Shown: positions 58,501-64,000 of the stretch, piece by piece
Position numbering within the stretch: position 1 is the stretch's first letter
Layout of the letters: each line of letters begins with the position of its first letter
Origin: an uncultured Algimonas sp.
GTDB lineage: Bacteria > Pseudomonadota > Alphaproteobacteria > Caulobacterales > Maricaulaceae
Length of the DNA: 64,000 bases
Direction of reading: 5' to 3'
Assembly: GCA_964607395.1 (NCBI GenBank)
Contig: CAZSKH010000001.1
Coordinates: 30 to 64,029 of the forward strand
Notes under the pieces: generated by a model
Seen by the model: only the letters and a program-made list of their open reading frames with translations
The model's database searches: none
What the model was told of the DNA's origin: nothing
Program-made: the position numbers and the translations under genes

Positions 58501-59813
58501 AGCTTCGCTGCGGCCAAAGTTTGGCTATCCACGTCGGCGGTTTTCCCCGCGCGGTAAATATACCAAGCGGCGGGTATACCTCCGAGCAGTGTTAACGCCA
58601 TGGAGTAACGAATGGCATCTGTGCCGTATTGGACGCTGAAATAATCATTCGCCCAGCCGACGACAAGAACTCCTAAAACCAATCCTGCAAAAGTAAGCGC
58701 AAAGGCCCAGATGGAGGTCGCTGTCGCGCGCAGTTCCGCGGGCAGCAAATCTTGCAGCGCCGCCTGAACGGCCACGACCCAGCCTGCACCTAAGATACTA
58801 GCGGGGTAAACAAGTGCCGTCGCGAGGCCGACATCTTTGGAAAAGCACATACCGATAGCTATGAGACTAAATCCCAAAAGCCCGAATGAGGATAGTATAT
58901 AAGGCGCTCGGGCATATGTCTTTGATAACAAATCACATAAAAAGCCCATGAGCAGAACCCCTGCCATGCCTGCTAAAAGCGCCGCAGTACCATAACGCGC
59001 CCCCGCCGATTGATTAGAAATATCGAAAATGCGTTCGAACATGGCAATCGCCCAACTGCCGAACGCTATGGTCGAAAACCCGCCCAAAAAAGCTGCGATA
59101 GTCAGATATTTAAATGCAGGTGTCCCCATCAAGGCTGCATAAACACTTTTAAAGCTGGCTTGAATTCTCGCGGTGTTTTCTCCTGCATCGAGTCGTCCTC
59201 GCTGTGGCTCTTTAACAAAAAGTACCGTCAAAGCCGCGAGTAAAATTCCTGGCCCGCCTAACCATAAAAAAGTCGTCTGCCAATCATAAGTCGCGGCCAA
59301 TGCTGTGCCGCCAATATTGCCAAAGGCCCCGCCAAAATAGACCCCAAGGTTCATAATCGCAAAAGCGAAAGCGCGGCGCTTTGGCGGGAAATAATCAGAC
59401 AGCAGTGAATAGGCGGGCGCGAGAAAGGCCGCCTCCCCTATGCCGACGCCAAAGCGAGAAATCGCAAACATCTCAGGCGTTTTTGAGAGGCCCGACATCA
59501 TCGTAAAAAGGCTCCAAACCACCGCGCCTGCCGTAATGATACGCACACGGTTCGTCCTATCCGCAAAGCGGGCAATCGGGATGGCGGCGAGGCAATAAAC
59601 AAAAGCAAAAGCGGGCCCAATGACAAAGCCCATATAGGTATCGGAGACTTGATAGGTTTCTTTAATCTTCTCAAGCAGTGCATTGGCCAGGGTGCGGTCT
59701 GCATAATTGATAAAATAGAGCAGCACCAACATAAGGAGCACAAACCACGCATAACGGCGGCTATTTGGAATCGGATCAGTTTTATCGGACGTAGACAGCT
59801 TAAAATCCCCCAA
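58497..59813 (-). CDS. MFS transporter (spinster-like)
   Basis: INYADR, IARFADRTNRVRII, RFGVGIGEA, SDYFPP.RRA. Start uncertain (TTG 59813 or CTG 59798). Confidence 0.85.
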   Translation of the reverse strand: MGDFKLSTSDKTDPIPNSRRYAWFVLLMLVLLYFINYADRTLANALLEKIKETYQVSDTYMGFVIGPAFAFVYCLAAIPIARFADRTNRVRIITAGAVVWSLFTMMSGLSKTPEMFAISRFGVGIGEAAFLAPAYSLLSDYFPPKRRAFAFAIMNLGVYFGGAFGNIGGTALAATYDWQTTFLWLGGPGILLAALTVLFVKEPQRGRLDAGENTARIQASFKSVYAALMGTPAFKYLTIAAFLGGFSTIAFGSWAIAMFERIFDISNQSAGARYGTAALLAGMAGVLLMGFLCDLLSKTYARAPYILSSFGLLGFSLIAIGMCFSKDVGLATALVYPASILGAGWVVAVQAALQDLLPAELRATATSIWAFALTFAGLVLGVLVVGWANDYFSVQYGTDAIRYSMALTLLGGIPAAWYIYRAGKTADVDSQTLAAAKL

Positions 59814-59905
59814 TGCGTAATTTTCTACGCTTGTAACTACGCAATTAGAGTAAAATAGCAGACAATACACCAATTTTCATCATTTTTAGCGTGATTTTTT
59901 TCGCA
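59814..59905. promoter_or_regulatory. Candidate operator array 7: TGCGTA(59814)-TACGCA(59838), with a degenerate second dyad ending TTCGCA(59900)
   Basis: Perfect dyad at 24 bp; extra TACGCT at 59826; last box 62 bp after 59838. Confidence 0.7.
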
Positions 59906-59925
59906 GTCAGATTTATGTAGGCCTT

Positions 59926-61167
59926 ATGATATCTAACGCTTCAAAAGCCTTTACACCGCTAACCCTCGGCCCGTTGAAACTGCGTAACCGTTTCATCAAG
60001 GCGGCGACCAATGAAGGCATGTGCAAAGGCGGCATCATTTCCAAAGGTCTCGCGGCCTTTCATGAGCGTGTGGCCGAGGGCGGTGCAGCGATGACGACTG
60101 TAGCTTATTGCGCAACGTCCAAAGACGGACAGACTTTCGTCGATCAAGCCCATCTTTCGGCTGAGACCGTGGGGGATTTTAAAGCGCTGACAGACGGAGT
60201 GCACAAACATGGCGCAGCGGCCCAAGCGCAAATTACCCATGCAGGGGCGTTCACATTCCTGCCCAAAGATTTCTCTTCCATGAAACCGATTTCGGCCAAT
60301 GGCGGATTTAATAAGTTCGGGGTGATGACGGGGCGTTACCTCAAGGCGAAAATGGATCGCAGTCACATGGACGCTATCGCTGATGAATTTGTTCAAGCGG
60401 CTCTGAACGCCAAAGAAGCAGGCTTTGACGCCGTCGAAATTCATATGGGCCATGGCTATTTGCTCGCGCAATTTATCACGCCATTTTATAATACGCGCAA
60501 AGATGAATATGGCGGGACGATTCAAAACCGCATGAAGTTCCCTGCCGAAGTCCTCTCCAAAGTACTCGGCGCGGTCGGCAAAGATATGGCTGTGACGGTG
60601 AAATATAGCCAGACCGATGGCAAAGAGGGCGGCAACACGGTGACGGAAGGCATAGAGATTGCAAAAATTCTACAGAGCACGGGCGCGCATATGGCGCAGC
60701 TCTCTAATGGCCTGAACGTCGAGTCCATCGACACGATGTTCGGCAACCCCCTTCCCAAGTCATCGGTGAAGCCGAAGAGCTTTATCGTCCGCGTCGGCAT
60801 GATGATGCAACCGAAAAGCAAAGAGCCCGATAAAGAATTCAAGCAGCTTTATTCCATGGACCCCGCTCAACAAATTCGCGCAGCAGTGGATATGCCGCTC
60901 TGCTATCTGGGCGGGGCACAGTCGATGGATAATGTGAATAAGGTCATGAGCGAGGGCTTTGATGCGCTCGGTTTGGGACGGGCGCTCATCTTTGACCCTA
61001 ACCTTATCAATGCGCTACAAGCTGGCAGTATCCGCAATTCGGGCTGCACGGCCTGTAATCAATGCGTGACATTAATGTATACGCCTAGCGGAACAGCCTG
61101 TGTCGAAGAGGGCGGACATCGCGGCCACGACCCTGAATTAAATACTGTGCGCGCCTCAGCCGCGTGA
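59926..61167 (+). CDS. NADH:flavin oxidoreductase (old yellow enzyme family)
   Basis: LRNRFIKAAT.E, GFDAVEIH.GHGYLL, R.DEYGG, C-terminal CTACNQC. Confidence 0.88.
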   Translation: MISNASKAFTPLTLGPLKLRNRFIKAATNEGMCKGGIISKGLAAFHERVAEGGAAMTTVAYCATSKDGQTFVDQAHLSAETVGDFKALTDGVHKHGAAAQAQITHAGAFTFLPKDFSSMKPISANGGFNKFGVMTGRYLKAKMDRSHMDAIADEFVQAALNAKEAGFDAVEIHMGHGYLLAQFITPFYNTRKDEYGGTIQNRMKFPAEVLSKVLGAVGKDMAVTVKYSQTDGKEGGNTVTEGIEIAKILQSTGAHMAQLSNGLNVESIDTMFGNPLPKSSVKPKSFIVRVGMMMQPKSKEPDKEFKQLYSMDPAQQIRAAVDMPLCYLGGAQSMDNVNKVMSEGFDALGLGRALIFDPNLINALQAGSIRNSGCTACNQCVTLMYTPSGTACVEEGGHRGHDPELNTVRASAA

Positions 61168-61190
61168 TATAAAGAGACAAGACGGAGACT

Positions 61191-62267
61191 ATGATGGCAA
61201 CCACAGCAGAATATGGCATAGGCGAATTCACATTCCCGCGCGGATGGTTCATGGTTGGCGAAGCTAAAGACGCCACAAATAAACCCATCCCGCTGCGCTA
61301 TTTCGGGCGTGACCTGATTATGTATCGCGGCGAGAGCGGACGTGTTGTCGTCATGGATGCCTATTGCCCGCATATGAAAACCCATCTGGCCAAGAATGAA
61401 AGCTCATACATCGTCATGGACGGAAAGCAGGTCGAGGGCGATGATATTCGCTGCCCATACCATGCGTGGAAATTTGGCCCTGACGGCATGTGTAATGAAA
61501 TTCCTTATTCGCCTGCGCCTATCCCAAAGGCGGCAAAAATCCGCAGCTACCCTGTTCAAGAATGGGGCGGGCTTATCCTGATGTGGCATGACGAAGAAGA
61601 AGGCGAACCAGAGTTTCAGCCTCATGCGCTGCCCGAATGGGAGGACCCGAAATGGGTGAATTGGAAGGTTGATCATCTCGGTACGCTCGACTGTCATCCG
61701 CAGGAAATCATCGACAACATCACTGATAAAGCCCATCTCGGCCCCATTCACGGCTCAACCGATATGGAGCTTTTTGAAAGTGAAACCAAAGGCCATGTCA
61801 TTCGCCAGGTGCTTGCCGCAGGGCACCGGACATTGTCAGACGAAATCATGACCAATGATACGTGGTATACAGGGCCGGGCCTGCTGCTCTCTCGCATGAA
61901 CGGCTATTATAATTCCCTCATGATGATTTGCCATACCCCGATCGAAGATGGCAGCGTGCGCGCGTGGCACGGCCTGATGGTCGAGCCGCCCAACTTCCCC
62001 ATGAATGACGATGACAAAGCCGCCGTGCCCGCTTTCCAAGAAGGCTCGAAAATGGCGCTCCTCCAAGACTTTGATGTCTGGGCTAATAAAGCCCCGTGCC
62101 TGTCCATCATGCAAGTCGTCGGCGACGGCCCCTTCGGCAAAGCCCGCCTTTGGTATAAGCAGTTTTATAATCCGCGCAAAGATGCTAACGATTATCAAGC
62201 CAAAGCCAATGGCCATTGGGTGACAAAAGGGACGAAACGCGACCCTTGGGTAGAGGCGGCTGAGTAA
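61191..62267 (+). CDS. kshA: 3-ketosteroid 9-alpha-hydroxylase oxygenase subunit
   Basis: FPRGW, CPHM...CPYH, EIIDNITDKAH...IH, QDFDVW.NK, DGPF...RLWYKQFY. Confidence 0.8.
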   Translation: MMATTAEYGIGEFTFPRGWFMVGEAKDATNKPIPLRYFGRDLIMYRGESGRVVVMDAYCPHMKTHLAKNESSYIVMDGKQVEGDDIRCPYHAWKFGPDGMCNEIPYSPAPIPKAAKIRSYPVQEWGGLILMWHDEEEGEPEFQPHALPEWEDPKWVNWKVDHLGTLDCHPQEIIDNITDKAHLGPIHGSTDMELFESETKGHVIRQVLAAGHRTLSDEIMTNDTWYTGPGLLLSRMNGYYNSLMMICHTPIEDGSVRAWHGLMVEPPNFPMNDDDKAAVPAFQEGSKMALLQDFDVWANKAPCLSIMQVVGDGPFGKARLWYKQFYNPRKDANDYQAKANGHWVTKGTKRDPWVEAAE

Positions 62268-62278
62268 AGCGCGTTTAT

Positions 62279-62797
62279 TTAGTCATCGCCAAAAGGCTTT
62301 GCGTCGGCAAAGTCCGTTGTTTTATCCGTATGAACGCCCCCTAGAAAGAAATGCGTAAGGGCGGGTTCGGGCTCGTTAAAGACGCGCTCGTAAATCCGTT
62401 CATAACCAGAAGATTTAATCCGCCATAGCCCGTCCTCGCCTTTCTCATAGACATCTTGATATTCTGCAGCGCCTATTGTGACTAAATTTTCCTCGGCTAA
62501 ATTCATAGCATAATCGAGCAAGCGCCAACGCCCCGTAGCTCGACTTGGGCCTGTCAAATCGATAAACGGCATGTGCACGCTATGACAGCTGACAAATTCC
62601 GGATTGAATGGGCCCTTTACAGCGGCGAGGAAATTGTCTCGCCCGCTCACTTTATAGCGATAAGTGCCGCCAACATAATCAATCTCCACATCTTCGGTCA
62701 GAATGGAGTGGAGCAAGCCCAAATCACACCGGTCAATTCCGTTGCAATAATTATATTTCACCCGCTTGATAGACTCTACATCCTCAAATGACATCAC
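62279..62797 (-). CDS. SnoaL-like/NTF2 protein (BaiE/Hsh2-like hydroxysteroid dehydratase candidate)
   Basis: ESIKRVKY.Y..GID, HSVHMP.I, ATGRW.L.D, YQDVYEK...WRI. Confidence 0.78.
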   Translation of the reverse strand: MMSFEDVESIKRVKYNYCNGIDRCDLGLLHSILTEDVEIDYVGGTYRYKVSGRDNFLAAVKGPFNPEFVSCHSVHMPFIDLTGPSRATGRWRLLDYAMNLAEENLVTIGAAEYQDVYEKGEDGLWRIKSSGYERIYERVFNEPEPALTHFFLGGVHTDKTTDFADAKPFGDD

Positions 62798-63342
62798 TTA
62801 AACCTCTGTCCGAACTTCATCATTTCATAAAATTGATAAGAGGGATCATTTGGCCCGGGCGTGGCGATGTGTGTCGCGGCTATTATCGGATGGTCCATCG
62901 CAGTTTGTGAGGGCGCGTTATAATAGGCCCAATCTGCGCCAGCGGCGCGAAGGCTGAATCGCCAAGTACCATTGCGTTTTTCGTAATTATCAAAATAACG
63001 TCCCCCAACTAGCAGATCCACGGATTCGGCCTCCTCGGTTTTGAAGCGGTGGAAGGCAATCATATAAACTTCACCCTCGGCTTTATCGCCGTTCAGCGCA
63101 ATATTTATGCTGGTGATATTATGATGCAGAATTTCCATAGGCGCCTGAATCTCAGGAAGCATATCGATGAACTCCATGGCGGGGCCTTTGAAAAATGAGC
63201 CGTGATCATCGAAAGCGTCCTCATGATAAAGGCTGCGCATCTTAACGTGGTCATGACGATCCGCTGCATTGCAATAAGCATAGAGCAATTCAGTGATTTC
63301 ATGCTTATCCAGCATGGCATCTATCTTTTCATCGCGCGTCAT
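62794..63342 (-). CDS. SnoaL-like/NTF2 (LinA-like) protein
   Basis: DK.EI.ELL.AY..AADR.D, GGRYFD.YEKRNGTWRF. Confidence 0.8.
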   Translation of the reverse strand: MTRDEKIDAMLDKHEITELLYAYCNAADRHDHVKMRSLYHEDAFDDHGSFFKGPAMEFIDMLPEIQAPMEILHHNITSINIALNGDKAEGEVYMIAFHRFKTEEAESVDLLVGGRYFDNYEKRNGTWRFSLRAAGADWAYYNAPSQTAMDHPIIAATHIATPGPNDPSYQFYEMMKFGQRFK

Positions 63343-63361
63343 CGCACCCTCCGTTCTTAAT

Positions 63362-63865
63362 CTAACCCATCACATTCCAAACAGTATTGCCGTCCCATTC
63401 GGTGCAGCTCTTTTTTATCATATCATAAAACATTGCGAGGCCAGGATTAGGCACGGTAAGCTCAATCCAGCCTGCCTCGCCATGCATGTAAATATAGCGC
63501 CCGCCTCCCGAGGTGATTTCACAGACCATTGTCATGCCGGAGGCTTCGCATTTGGCTATGGCTGCATCTAAATCATCGACAGTGAATTGTGTGTGGTGTG
63601 CACCCCAAATCCCTGCGCGTTTATTTTCAAGGTAAGGCGACGAGCTATCGCAAAGGGGCTGGATGATTTCGATTTGAACATCCCCTTGATAGGCTAACGC
63701 GACGTCAATTTTAATTTCAACCGCTTCGCCGTCCATTACCGCAGGCATGGTTACGCCTGCCATTTTTGTGAAAGGCCCAATGCCCATGACCTCGGCCCAA
63801 AGCGTAGCTGTTTTATATAAATCATCGGTGAGATAGCCCAGCTGCGTTATCGGTCCAAAACTCAT
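63362..63865 (-). CDS. VOC (glyoxalase/methylmalonyl-CoA epimerase-like) protein
   Basis: QLGY...DL, GIGPF, QIEIIQP, GAHH. Confidence 0.8.
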   Translation of the reverse strand: MSFGPITQLGYLTDDLYKTATLWAEVMGIGPFTKMAGVTMPAVMDGEAVEIKIDVALAYQGDVQIEIIQPLCDSSSPYLENKRAGIWGAHHTQFTVDDLDAAIAKCEASGMTMVCEITSGGGRYIYMHGEAGWIELTVPNPGLAMFYDMIKKSCTEWDGNTVWNVMG

Positions 63866-64000
63866 TTTTCCTGCACCTTCAAAACACCCTCACGAGTCCC
63901 GACCCATGTGTCCCCATTCGGCGCAATGGCGATGCTGGCCCAATTATTATTAAAGGCTTCGCCCGTGCCCGTTGGGATGCGGACGACTTCTTTGCCTGTC
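63862..64000 (-). CDS. C-terminal end of a hypothetical (beta-propeller-like) protein continuing beyond the window
   Basis: Open frame TGKEVVRIPTGTGEAFNNNWASIAIAPNGDTWVGTREGVLKVQEK* whose TGA overlaps the ATG of the VOC gene. Confidence 0.55.
   Translation of the reverse strand, partial: TGKEVVRIPTGTGEAFNNNWASIAIAPNGDTWVGTREGVLKVQEK

Noticed and set aside
1-64000. CRISPR arrays, tRNA/rRNA genes, intact IS elements or defence systems
   Set aside because: No repeat-spacer arrays, structural RNA signatures, transposases or nuclease/ATPase defence genes were seen; the window is densely filled with catabolic genes.

Overview
This window is almost entirely a large aerobic steroid (9,10-seco pathway) catabolic gene cluster. 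The host is Gram-negative (TonB-dependent receptor, lipoproteins) and probably an alphaproteobacterium; the taxonomy is inference only. A tightly coupled minus-strand operon of about 21 kb (3064-23713) encodes A-ring degradation (hsaA/C/D/E, acylating aldehyde dehydrogenase, aldolase) and the C/D-ring (HIP) pathway (ipdABCF, echA20, fadA6, fadE30-33 homologues). fadD3, hsaB, a 3-ketosteroid delta4-dehydrogenase and kshA lie elsewhere in the window. The accessory region has a second Rieske oxygenase, two sulfotransferases, a formylglycine-generating enzyme, DUF1214 and DUF3604 proteins, three MFS transporters and two adjacent Lrp/AsnC regulators. Across the window there are 9 SDRs and 7 NTF2/SnoaL-fold proteins. 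The strongest unannotated signal is a cis-element in all seven main promoter regions: the dyad TGCG(T/C)A-N18-TACGCA, arranged with near-fixed 24/39-bp spacing (about 63-bp period). It is a candidate operator for an undescribed steroid regulon, possibly controlled by the Lrp/AsnC pair. Also seen: a conserved sulfotransferase-SDR-DUF1214 module, a TonB receptor broken by a 16-bp tandem duplication, two AT-rich frameshifted inserted genes (one immunity-protein-like) and an integrase remnant at the left edge. All family assignments come from recognising protein sequences by eye, not from database searches.
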